Positions 49,001 through 58,605 of a DNA stretch of 64,000 bases are shown one piece after another. Made by a program: the position numbers and the translations under genes. The notes beneath the pieces were generated by a model. The model made no database searches, had not been told where the DNA came from, and worked only from the letters and a program-made list of their open reading frames with translations. The stretch is from Mytilus californianus (taxonomy: Eukaryota): contig NW_026262582.1 in the NCBI RefSeq assembly GCF_021869535.1, forward strand, positions 18,786,001 through 18,850,000. Direction: 5' to 3'. Each line of letters begins with the position of its first letter. Within the stretch, counting starts at the first letter, position 1.

Positions 49001-52000
49001 TGAAACAATTCAATCGAAAAAACTAACGGCCTAATTTATAACAAAACATTTTACGAAAAACAAATATGGCACACATTAACCAACGACAACCACTGAACTA
49101 CCGGCTCTTGACTGATGACATGCACATAATTATGAAAACAACACGTTAAATAAATTTCATGCGTCCGAAGCGCTTTTCTGGATTTACATTCATCAGGAAC
49201 AACCAATGCCAAATAATTGAAAGCCAAGGATTTATAAGAACCGTATCAATTGAAAAGCTATATGACCAAAATGAACCTAAAAAATAGCCAAATTCATATA
49301 AGGCCAACTTTGACTGAGGGAGTTTAAACCTTAGTTTATTTACAATTTATAAGTTTATAGACGAATATTTTTAGAAAGGATTGTTATAAATCGTGTCAGT
49401 ACCGAAGTACTGACTACTGAGCTGATGATATCCCCGAGGACTGCCAACATTAGAGATTTGACCCAAATTTCACGGTCCACTGAACATAGAAAAATGATAG
49501 TGCGAGTGGGGCATCCGTGTACTATGGACCTATTCTTGTTTATTTTACAGTTGTGCGATATCCCCTTCGAAACCAACCTTAACCCTTACCAAAATCAATA
49601 GTGTAACATCACAACATAGAAAGACATGATCCTTATGATATGATTTTTCTAATTTTAATGCCAACATTAGGGATTTGACCCAAATTTCACGGTCCACTGA
49701 ACATAGAAAAATGATAGTGCGAGTGGGGCATCCGTGTACTATGGACATATTCTTGTTTATTTTACAGTTGTGCGATATCCCCTTCGAAAGATAGCACCAA
49801 TGATGAACGTACGACTGAAGAACAACCACAAAGTATGTACATGCAATATAAACAATACTTAATGCATGGCTTCTATTATTTTTTTTATTAAATTGCTGTG
49901 CATTTTATTACATAGTTATGTGATTTCAACTCATTATTTTTTCTCTTCTGCTTTTTAGTCGTTTGAATGTTTTAAATTGCGTTAAATGAATTATCATACG
50001 ATATTTATCAAACTGTACACTCACTAGAAAAAAAACAATTTTGAATAGAAATGGTAATCTTAAAGGGGCACTAGCTACGAGATATATAAAAAATCTAAAA
50101 TATAATTTTTTTTGTTCAATCATTAATGAAAGTGAAATAGTGAAATAATTATTCGCTTTTAGGAGCCAGTATGGTTCAATTTTGTCAAAATAAGCTAAGA
50201 AACTTTGATGATGAATTATTCACTTGCAAGTGAATAATTCGACCTCATTGAATCCGTATTCAAGTGAATTTCAATTTAACCCCTTAGCTATCGAAAGATA
50301 ACGCATGAATTGTTCGTGTACAGTTATTTAAAGAAAAAGAATGTCAACATTGAAAGTGAAACAAAGGTAAATCATTTGATTGACTGATTCGATCCACAAA
50401 AAAACTTTCTTATTCAGGTAAAATCGATGTAAACATATATTTTTAATCTATTATAATACGAAATTAAACAGACCTAGAAAAATCCATTTGCACAAGTTCG
50501 CTTAATCTTTTTATATCTATATTTACGTTTACATTGCTTTTATGGTGATCGGAGGACATCGGAGGTCAACTCGATAGTTAATTAGATGGCGTCTAGACTA
50601 ATATGCACACGAAACGAAGCTACATATTATCGAGCCCATGCCCTGTAAATTGTTTATTTTAGACTTTAATAGTTTGGATAACTGTTTTACATTGTTATAA
50701 ATCAAATATGAGAATTTGAGTCAAATCGGTGAACATGAATTTGACAGCAAGTGCCCCTTTAAATTAACGTGTATATAACAAAATACCCCGCATTTATTTT
50801 GTTTTAATTTCACGTATAAGTAGCGCTTGTATAGATACATGTATGATATTCCACCGATTCCGTTTGTTCCATCCTTGAAAACCTAAATCAAAGCCTGAGT
50901 GTATATTGATTGATCAAAGTAATTAATTTGAAATAAGCAAATCTGGTACGATGGCAAATGAGAAAATTGAACGAGTCCGAATGACTAGGATTTTAGCAAT
51001 TAGTTAATCTAAAACAAAGACGACTTAAAAGCGTTTCAAAATAAAACTATGAAACTGCTTTTAAAAATTTGACGTTGTATTATCAGATCGTTTATCATCT
51101 ATTTCTTTTAGCAACAAAAATGGATGACACCAATAAAAAATCAAGTTTAAATGACGGAATGCACGATAGGACAAACCTGGAAGATATCTCTGATTTTATC
51201 GTCGATGAAAATGTCCCCAATATCAGCGAAAGAGAAACCAAATTTTGGGAAAAAAAGATAGAGAAATATTTAAAGCCACATAATGAAAAGGACCTGTTCA
51301 AAAGTGAACGAGAGAAAAAACTAGAACATGAGTTAGTTGAATTAAGGAATACCGTTTGCCTATTTGTCTATCTTTCGAATGCCGTTCTTGTAACTGTAAT
51401 GTTTGGATTAACACAGGTCAATGCGTTCAAAAGCTCATTAACGGCTGGATTTGATTGTGGCGGAGAAAATATTTCGATCGTTCCCATAGCAATATTATTC
51501 AGTGCTGTCTTTGGATTTCTTCTTCTAATACAGTTCTTATGTATGCTGTACCATAGATTTTCTACTCTCGTTCATATCACTGCCAATACGGACTTACGTA
51601 GTTCAGAAAATGAACATATTGCTGAAATAATGAATAATATTATAAAACAATCTATTCAGCGAAGTAAGAATGAACCGGCGGCTGTATCAGACAAGTGTAG
51701 AAAAGTTTTGGACGGGAATAGATCTGTTCTGGAGGCAAAGGAAAAACCGTGTACAAAATTCAAAGAGCTGATTATAAAAAATAAAGATAAGTTAAAGGAA
51801 ATCTTGAACAAAGAACCGAGTAATTTAAAGGATAAGGAAATACACGAGAAGGTAAAAGCAAAATGGCAACTATTTTTTAAACAAAAATTTCGACATATTG
51901 TCAAACTGGCGGTAGAAAAAGAAAAGAAAAATGCGAAAGAGGTAGAAAAACGGTCTTCAACTGCGGAACCAAAGACAAACCAAATTTGTCCCGTGTTAAC

Positions 52001-52058
52001 GAATGATTCGTCGGAATTAAGTTGTAACGAGGCAGTTAACACTGACAGCAATGTTTGA
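25022..52058 (+). CDS. CHS: Chitin synthase (GT2, metazoan type), paralogue B; apparently complete, about 1683 aa, no myosin head seen
   Basis: Exons: 25022-25086, 26208-26616, 28888-30593, 31510-31612, 32683-32789, 34742-34818, 35492-35603, 36358-36511, 38524-38851, 39834-40034, 43454-43851, 47800-47964, 48558-48772, 49768-49832, 51112-52058 (5052 nt). Every junction is GT-AG and frame-compatible. About 10 N-terminal TM helices plus the same catalytic motifs as gene A. The start codon is least certain, because 21 in-frame nt separate it from an acceptor at 25000. Confidence 0.93.
25812..26080 (+). mobile_element. Dispersed SINE-like repeat family (AAGATGTGGTATGATTGCCAATGAGACAACTCTCC... type)
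   Basis: Related copies at about 16645-16815, 31810-31915, 48858-49110 and 52600-52790 (+), and 15905-16040, 27830-28110, 39020-39090 and 54640-54850 (-). Confidence 0.7.
28348..28560 (+). mobile_element. Penelope-associated non-autonomous repeat (GGAGCAGGATCTGCTTACCCTTCCGGAGCACC...CCATGGCGTTGTCAG type)
   Basis: Homologous to 59088-59310, 62045-62150 and 62465-62675. The copy at 61951 is preceded by Penelope RT C-terminal coding sequence. Confidence 0.65.
29050..29724 (+). repeat. Coding tandem repeat, 117 bp (39 aa) x about 5.8, in exon 3 of gene B
   Basis: CAGACTTCAAATGG recurs at 29164, 29281, 29398, 29515 and 29632. Consensus unit TSNGTNSESKRQNPSHETNEQPSYGPDNEATDTTKTNEQ. Confidence 0.97.
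31667..32047 (+). repeat. Local tandem duplication (period about 264 bp), second unit internally deleted
   Basis: GTTTCAxTTTATCACCGGATTxAGCxGTG..TACGCAGTTGTGTATAATA at about 31685 and 31949; TCATCGTACxGCxTTCAACAATGAGCAA at about 31880 and 32014. Confidence 0.75.
33018..33250 (-). mobile_element. Hammerhead-bearing non-autonomous retroelement (retrozyme or Penelope pseudo-LTR-like)
   Basis: Colinear with 9214-9490 and 48226-48360; carries the intact ribozyme. Confidence 0.75.
33040..33085 (-). ncRNA. Intact minimal type I hammerhead ribozyme
   Basis: Minus strand GA-GCGTCA-CTGATGA-GTCT-TATGT-AGAC-GAAA-CGCGCG-TC-TGGCGT. Stem I is 6 bp (2 G-U), stem II is 4 bp, stem III is the palindrome ACGCGCGT. 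Predicted GUC cleavage between 33046 and 33045. Confidence 0.85.
37878..37936. promoter_or_regulatory. Candidate cluster of bZIP sites (two CCACGTCA, one TGACGTCA) in an intron of gene B
   Basis: CCACGTCA at 37878-37885 and 37910-37917; TGACGTCA at 37929-37936. Motif match only. Confidence 0.25.
38662..38697 (+). repeat. 12-bp coding minisatellite x3 (LERK LKRK LERK)
   Basis: TTAGAAAGAAAG TTAAAAAGAAAG TTAGAAAGAAAG inside the lysine-rich insert of exon 9 of gene B. Confidence 0.8.
42931..43401 (-). mobile_element. Solo copy of the 3' terminal region of the Penelope-like element
   Basis: Colinear with 45150-45555 (GTCAAAGAGACAAC...CAGCCGAAGGC...CTTCAGCTGGCCC...GAGATCTCAAC...GTCAGAATAGGTAACAAAAGAAACTAAGCAAA). 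A more degraded copy lies at about 47390-47550. Confidence 0.8.
44328..44595 (+). mobile_element. tRNA-derived SINE with V/Meta-type central domain
   Basis: Degenerate A box, B box GTGAGTTCGAATC (about 44395-44407), central GGTTCTCTCCGGGTACACTGGCTTCCTCCAC, and an AATC-like tail. Confidence 0.75.
45145..46632 (-). mobile_element. 5'-truncated Penelope-like retroelement (RT C-terminal half plus 3' terminal region)
   Basis: Minus-strand translation FLLDNIFVR..VIGISMGTNCAPLIADLFLYCYE..FRYLDDVL..EIYP, then across frameshifts CPFLDLDI..KIYDKRDD..SYGVYTSQL..LLHQGFRYHKLVKTF..GSLHRN ending near 45770. Confidence 0.9.
46846..46997 (+). mobile_element. tRNA-derived SINE, family B, copy 1
   Basis: A box TGGTCGAGTGG and B box GAGTTCGAATCC; duplicated at 47199. 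Confidence 0.75.
47199..47362 (+). mobile_element. tRNA-derived SINE, family B, copy 2 (part of a tandem duplication)
   Basis: Near-identical to 46855-46997. The upstream flank 46637-46735 is also duplicated at 47099-47195. (TA)n tail. Confidence 0.75.
48226..48360 (-). mobile_element. Degenerate hammerhead-family repeat with two broken ribozyme copies
   Basis: 48253-48295: GAAA replaced by TGTA. 48321-48353: CAGATGA and GATA cores, no stem III. Confidence 0.65.
49155..49441 (-). mobile_element. Second, divergent hammerhead-family repeat
   Basis: Layout colinear with the 33018 family (GCCAAAT..TAAGG..CT.TG.CTG.GG..CCTTAGT; CCGAAGT..TGACT) at low identity. Confidence 0.55.
49161..49200 (-). 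ncRNA. Hammerhead-like motif, family 2 (atypical stem II)
   Basis: Minus strand GTTC-CTGATGA-ATGTAAATCCA-GAAA-AGCGCT-TC-GGAC(GC). Stem I GTTC/GGAC and palindromic stem III AAGCGCTT are present; stem II pairs poorly. Confidence 0.5.
49442..49789 (+). repeat. 131-bp direct duplication (period 217) containing a HINE 3' end, a splice acceptor and 22 nt of exon 14
   Basis: 49442-49572 versus 49659-49789, 2 mismatches. Both copies contain ATTCTTGTTTATTTTACAG followed by TTGTGCGATATCCCCTTCGAAA. Confidence 0.92.
50064..50758. mobile_element. MITE with TTAA target duplication (Kolobok-like non-autonomous DNA transposon)
   Basis: TTAA (50060-50063), then AGGGGCACTAGCT ... AGCAAGTGCCCCT, then TTAA (50759-50762). 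13-bp TIR with 1 mismatch; 695 bp; no ORF. Confidence 0.85.
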
Positions 52059-52487
52059 AAATTGCATACTCAAATGGGCAGTTACATTTTTTTCTAGAAA
52101 AAACAAATGTAGCAAAACAACACTAGCACACACGTCAATTATTAAACCAAAAAACATGTACTATTCCTTTTTATATAAACAATCTTAGTGCTATTTTATT
52201 TTGTTACTTTTTCAGTATTTTGATAACAAATAACTTAAAGTATGTTGAACATTGGCAGATGACCGCTGTTTAGTTGCCTTTTGTAATGTTAGGTTAGGGA
52301 CTCACTGATCATCATCTCAAATACTATTTTTATTTATTTTACAAGTTAAGCTGCAACGATGTTATAAATGAGAGTGTGTTTTTTTTTATTTGTTATAAAT
52401 TTGATTTTAGTCTTTTTATTGTAGTAAAATGTGTTCTTTGATACTACTATTATTATTTTGCAAAAGGTATGGTTTTTGTTTAATCGT

Positions 52488-52531
52488 TTTTATTTACCAA
52501 TAAAATTTTCTCACATTGAATTAAGTTACTG
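52488..52531 (+). terminator. Probable poly(A) signal region of gene B
   Basis: First AATAAA after the stop codon, at 52499-52504, in a block homologous to the gene A region. Confidence 0.6.
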
Positions 52532-55500
52532 ATTAGAATCAGCAGCTTATTGGCGTCTGCAGTGGAACGGGTAATACACATGTTTTTAAAAAAAAAACCC
52601 ATATCGTATGGTCGGGTATAAGACTACGACATGAAAAATATGAAACAATTTAATTCAGAAAACTAACGGCCTAATTTATAACCAAACAATTTACGAAAAA
52701 TAGATAATGTTTATGACAGACAATGAACCAACGACATCCACTGAACAACAGGCTACTGATTTGGATCAGACACATATATAATATGGCGGGTTTACAAATT
52801 GGATCTCGTTATTTTAGTAGTATAGATACAAGAAGCAACCTGTATGTCCATGACAGGACCAACTTCTTTATCTGTTCTTTGATTCGCATGAAACTTTGTA
52901 GAATAATTGATGAAGATATGCCAACATGCCGATATAAGGGTTTTCATATTCTGTTCAGTTTATCTTGATTTATGACTCTTTGGCTTAAGAAATTTTTATC
53001 CTTTTCAAAACTGGCATGTCATCGCCATATCCCTATCATCCCTTTTTGTATCTAACTGAAATTTATATGGAGAACATGCTATTTACCAATATGTAGATTT
53101 GCATTGGGTAGGATGTTCCCCTTCGGTGAATTTTAAGACTAATTCCCCTTTCAAAATGTTCAACTTATGATTTGTGGTCCTGCCAAGTACCGACCTTGTT
53201 ATAGCAATGCTTCCTCCAAGTTTAATCGTATCTAGACGTAACTTGATAATTTTTTTTGATAGAATCTAATATAGAGATGAGATGGGGTTTCGCGCTCCAG
53301 TCAAGTGGGCTTCACGAAAGACAAAGCAACACGAGATCTACATGTATGTAAAATTAGCGACCGGTTTGTTGTTCGCTATTTAATGTTCAAAATGTTTTCG
53401 TAAATGATTAATAAAAAAATTGGTATCAAAAAGAATTCATAAAAAGAAGGCTATATTCAAAGAATGGGTATGTAAAAGGTTAAGGAATTGTTTGTTGTGA
53501 CCCCTACAGATAATAGTTGACATCGGAAATATTGGCTTATAACCTTTTACAGAGAAAACGATTCTTATAGTTTATTAGTCGTTATTGAATGGATCCCCCT
53601 TTGTTAATATTTTTTTTTTGTGTTTTATTTTTTTGATGTGAAAATTCCTTAAAACGTTTCTTAAATAAAAATAAGAAGGTGTGGAATGATTGCACGGTGG
53701 GTAATGTTTTCCTGCGAGAGAACGTTCTGTGCTGGTGATTCGGTCCTGACTGGTGCTGGTGGGTCCTGATTCTGTGCTGGTGGGTTTATTTACATTGTAC
53801 CAAAACGGCAATAAAACAACCGTTCTGTTGCTTAATTTTACTCTGATACGTCCTAAGTACCATTTGCGGTATATAACAACGATTTTTTTATTGCAAAATT
53901 CGTGCAAATTCGCCAAACGAAATTGCCCCGATCCATGCTGGTGATTAGAAAAACGGTCCTGGTTCTGTGCACTTATGTCCTGGTTCTGTGCCTTTATATT
54001 TTACTTAAAAGTGGCAAATACTCAAGATCATTGATGCAAAAAATAGTGTAATTGATAGAAAATATACCTAGCATATATTTGGTGGATATTTCACATGAGC
54101 AAAGTTGAGTTTATATTGTTTTAATTTGATTTTTGAGAGGGGGCAAGATCTTTTCTGTTAAGGTATTTTACGCATTATTAAACTTTTGTTAAATGTTATT
54201 GATCGATGAATTTTCCTGAGTGAATCTATGATAACAATATTCATCAACAAACATGACCACTGTTTGTTAAAATATATTCGAGTTGTAGAACTCCAATTTT
54301 TGGTTTATATCGGATTTTATCACTTACTGCAACAAGAAAACTTTTAGAATTTCATGCAAAGAAGGTTTAAAGTCTTTCGCCAAAAAATACTTTAATTTTT
54401 TTCTTCTCCTATGTTTAACTCCATGCAATTTCCATCCCTTTATTATAAATAAATTGAACTGTAAAATACTACTATCTTCCACATGACTTTTTAATGTATG
54501 ATGTTTACATATTTATGACAATAACTGTTGTGAGCACAAGATTGACTGCACAGTTTTAAAATTCTGCTAAACCAAAATGTGAACTTAAGTTTTGCGAAAT
54601 GTATGTTGGGAGGGGGAGAGCGCAAACAAACATGTTAAGCCCTGTCACGAGTGCTTAAAACCAGTGGTTGTCGCTGGTGGCTATCTGTCATATTTGTTTT
54701 TTGTTCATATTTGTAATTTAAATCAGGCCGAAGGTCTTCATTTTTAATCGTTTTCATTTTTATAGCTTATATTCGTTATGGTTTTTGGTTCGATGTTGAA
54801 GGTCATAATTTGACTTCCAGTTGTGCACATCTTGTTCATTCTAGTAATTTTTATTAGTCATGTATGAAAAACAAGTCTAGGTAGGTTTTATATCCAGTCT
54901 GCAACCGGCCAGATATTTTGTCCAGAATTTTCATATATTCTGAGTATTTTTTACTTGACACGAAAAACAATATAATTATTCAAACTATTTGTCGCGTCTA
55001 TTTATATGGCGACTCAACCGGAGGGACAAATGCAACATGGCTGTTTATCGTGAGTGCCAAATGGCATATCCATGCATACGTTTTCATCATGTTAGGTGTC
55101 GATTCAAATCGATAAACAAAATCCAGCTTGATAAAAAGAAAAAAAGTACAATTCGAAGAATGATGGCAAAATCTAAAAACTAAAAACCTTACCTATGGAA
55201 ATATTCTTGATGTAGTTGATGGTGTCTGGTAATCACAGCCGAATGCGGAGATTTTTAGCCCTTTCTCTGATTTCGCTCCGATATTACTATTCCGACGAAG
55301 TTGTTGTTATTTAGGAGAGAGTTTTTTTTCATATTTGAGGGCCTCCGCCAACGTGAGCCAATAATTTCTTTTCTTTGTCAGAAAATCCCGTTTAAATGCA
55401 ATCTTTATAATAATTATTCTGCTGTAAGTTTCCTTAGAGTAGTATATATAATACATGTACGTATAGATGTTTAAAAGACAAATATTGATTAGAACAATTG

Positions 55501-55709
55501 TATCCCTTTGATATCAACAATTCTTCTAAATGCTTGAGTTCGGGAGCATTTTTCCTGCAAAGATAAATAAAAAAGAACTAATAACTGGGCAAATCCATCA
55601 GGACAGCCGACGCCAACAGTAAAAATAACTAGGGGAAATAGACTGGTATGCAGTAGATAATAACAGTTTTCTGTCGATCCGATGAGTTAACCAAAAGTTG
55701 ATGTTGAGT

Positions 55710-55880
55710 ATCATTTTGTGGTGTTTATAGTAGTTATTATTTCAAAGATTATGGTTATGTTTATTCAGTATTGCTTACAAATAAAAGTTTCTCACGTTAA
55801 ATAAAGTGACCGCTTAGGAGCAACAGCTTGTTGGCGTCTGCAGTGAGTTACTGCGGAGGAACTGGTAAACAAATGTTTTT
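55710..55880 (+). pseudogene. Orphan copy of the chitin synthase 3' end / poly(A) region
   Basis: Homologous to about 52430-52590 (including CAGCTTxTTGGCGTCTGCAGTG) and to 19036-19079. AATAAA at 55780-55785. No coding exon found upstream. Confidence 0.55.
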
Positions 55881-56616
55881 ATGATTCTTGGTATTTACGC
55901 CAGACTTACCAAATCAAAACAAGCACATCTGTGTGTGATTCAATACTGTAAACGTATAAGTCCCCTATCAAAAATATTCATCGCTAAAGCTTCTACTCGG
56001 AAATTTTAAAATTCAAGATGCTTACATAGGTCATGCCCAGTGGTCATGCAGTTTACAACAGATGTCAAAATGTAAAGAAAATAGTAAAACAAATGTATTG
56101 TGCATAAAAATTCCTTACTCGAAGCCGTATGAGTACAACATAACAAAACATGTTTGTCTTGACTTTTGTTTTTATTTGTTTTTCTTTGATTACCGATTGT
56201 GACTTATAACCGTATTTTAATTCGCAATGGGTAATACGACGATCGGTAGAAGTGGAACAGCTCTGTTACTCGTCCTTACCCGCCAGATTTTGGTGAAACT
56301 TGTGCTGCTCAATCTACATGTATTCTGTTTAGTGTTTTGCTATTGTTGATTGTCTTTTCGTAGTCTTCCTTTATGATCATGGCTTTTTATTGACTTAAGT
56401 TTTTTGATTACACAACCGCCGCATTTTATCGCCCAATAAAATTTGACCAGACTCAAGCAAGCGACCATTTCTAGTGACCAATTCTAGCTAGCGACCAATT
56501 CTAGCGACAAATCAAGCTATCGACCAATCAAGCTAGCGACCAATTCTAGCGACCACTAAAGAACACAATGAGAATCAACTTCTCAAATAATCATAATGTG
56601 GTATATGGGAAAACCA

Positions 56617-56902
56617 CACCGGACATAGCTCAAATGAAAGATAATAAATCAGAACAAGGTCCACTGAAATAATTTTTTGGGGGGTTAGAACCTTCTGGGA
56701 ATTCTAAGAGTTCAAAGTTGATGGTAATTTCTTTTTTACGTGTCCACCGTATATTCTTTCGGCAAGCCTCATCAGCTCCGTACGACAAAGTTTGCCACCG
56801 GACATAGATCAAACGAAAGGTTATAAATCAGAGCAAGGCCCACTGAAATAATTTGTTGGGGGGTAAGAACCTTCTGGGAATTGTAGGAGTTAAAAGTTGA
56901 TG
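56617..56902 (+). repeat. About 107-bp direct repeat, period 179
   Basis: CACCGGACATAG...GAACCTTCTGGGAATT...AAAGTTGATG at 56617-56723 and 56796-56902. Confidence 0.85.
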
Positions 56903-57262
56903 TTGAAAGTGTACGTATTTTTGTTTAAATCAAAAGTCTTTTTTTCTTGTCGATACATTTCTTTTGAATAAGGATGCATGCCGTACAAAATAGTGTACGT
57001 ATAATTTCAATTGAAAGTACTTTTCGTTGGCATTAAATGCCCTCCTACATGTTGTTCTTCTGTATTTTTTTCATTTTTGGTATAGGAAATAGACATTAAA
57101 AGTTCCTATTCTAGAAAATACAGGATATTTGAGGATGCCGAGTGTATGGAAAGCTAGTATATAGTAATTCTATCGCACATAGTATCTTTTTTATTTCGTT
57201 TATTTGAAAACTTATACATTGTACAAAGAAACAAGTTTAAGTCAATTCACATTAAATATCTA

Positions 57263-57516
57263 TTTTATGCTCCGCCTACGACAGGAAAGCGCACAATATT
57301 AGCTGGTCTGTGTGTTGGTTCGTTTGTCCGTTCGTCCGTTTATTTGTCCGTCCGTCCGTCCGTCCATTCATACTGCATTAGATTGACGTTATAGTCTGAT
57401 CAACTTGAATCTAAGTACACATGTTCATTCTGATATAATCTTTCTAAATTGATTGCCAAAATTACCATTTTGACACAAATTTCACGATTCACTATTATGG
57501 AAAATGATTGTGCGAG
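57263..57516 (+). mobile_element. HINE/DINE-like Helentron-associated element
   Basis: Starts TTTTATGCTCC and has a (GTCC)n core at about 57325-57366. The downstream body (AGTACACATGTTC..TGATAT.ATCTTTCTAA..TGCCAAA..AATTTCACG..GAAAATGAT.GTGCGAG) is homologous to 49620-49730. Confidence 0.65.
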
Positions 57517-58154
57517 CCAATCATCATACTCAAAATATTTTTTTTTTTTTTAATTCAATTTGTTTACTTTGTATTCTCATTTCTGATCCGCCATGAGCTA
57601 TTATATAGCAATTTTGTGCTTGGGGGATAGACACTCCGTCTTTGATATTTTATTTGCAATAATTGATACCGGTTTACAATCTCGGTTTAGAGTTTAGAAA
57701 ACACGGAAAACGTAAATAAGACGTACAAATATGATTATTTTCCCAACTAGTCCCTTTCCCGATGGTGTAAAATCCGGTAAGGGGGCGCACTTTCATTCAT
57801 ATAAATACATAAATGATAATACATAGTATGTGTTTGAATGTAGGGAAATAAAAATAGTTCGTTAACAAAGACTGTCCTAATAATAGACACATACAGAATT
57901 TCATCAAACATTATACATCTGACACAGGCTTTATTAAGATGTTTTGATTTTTTTCGAATTGCTGGCACGTAATTTGTTATAGAAACTATATATTTCTTTA
58001 TTGATTGATATCAATATGCGAGCATTTAGCAAGCAAGCTAGTCGGTGCATTCAGCTACAGACGAGTCATTGGTGTTGTAGTGTCCCCCTTTTACTTCAAA
58101 TGCTGGACATCTCTGGTCATTTAAACGTTAAAAAACAATATATACCGTACTGGT

Positions 58155-58605
58155 GGTCCGGGTACACAGTTATCGTCCTTTGATTTTCGTTGTCCACGAA
58201 TATAGTCCCTAGTGTGGACAGTGTGTTACTTGTCGATTTTTTTTATACCCCTTCCAAATTTATTTCTCCATGTTTTATGACTCAAATAGTAAGTAGGGGG
58301 GTGAAATGACACTGTAAAAAAATTTGGGTCATGAATTTTAAAGTAAAGTAGTGATTTGGTCCAGCTGAAAAATGTTAAAAATTAGCACTTCGGAAGCTGT
58401 CAAAAGATTTGAAGACCCCCTTAACATGAAATTGTCCATATTTTGAGTTAGAGCCGATGAAGTTTTCTATCATTTTGATATAATTTGTCCCAAAAGTAGT
58501 ACAACACACTGTAAAAATATTATTGAGAAAGCGCAAGTGGGATTTTTTTTATTTTCATTTATTCTCTAAAAGAAATGCACTACGAAATAACTGTGTACTC
58601 GGACC
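58155..58605. mobile_element. MITE (451 bp) nested in the foldback element
   Basis: 19-bp TIR GGTCCGGGTACACAGTTAT / ATAACTGTGTACTCGGACC (1 mismatch), flanked by the direct repeat TGGT (58151-58154 and 58606-58609). Confidence 0.8.

Noticed and set aside
55187-55360. Strong minus-strand donor (CCATAG/GTAAGG) preceded by GC-richer sequence
   Set aside because: Every frame has stops and no downstream exon or recognisable protein could be linked.
56446-56555. Short regularly recurring units that could suggest a CRISPR array
   Set aside because: Eukaryotic context, no unique spacers; these are TIR subunits.
56741-56790. CTGATGA-GGCTTGCC-GAAA on the minus strand (hammerhead core plus stem II)
   Set aside because: No stem I or III pairs adjacent to the core in type I or type III register; only a distal GTCGTA/TACGGT pairing exists.
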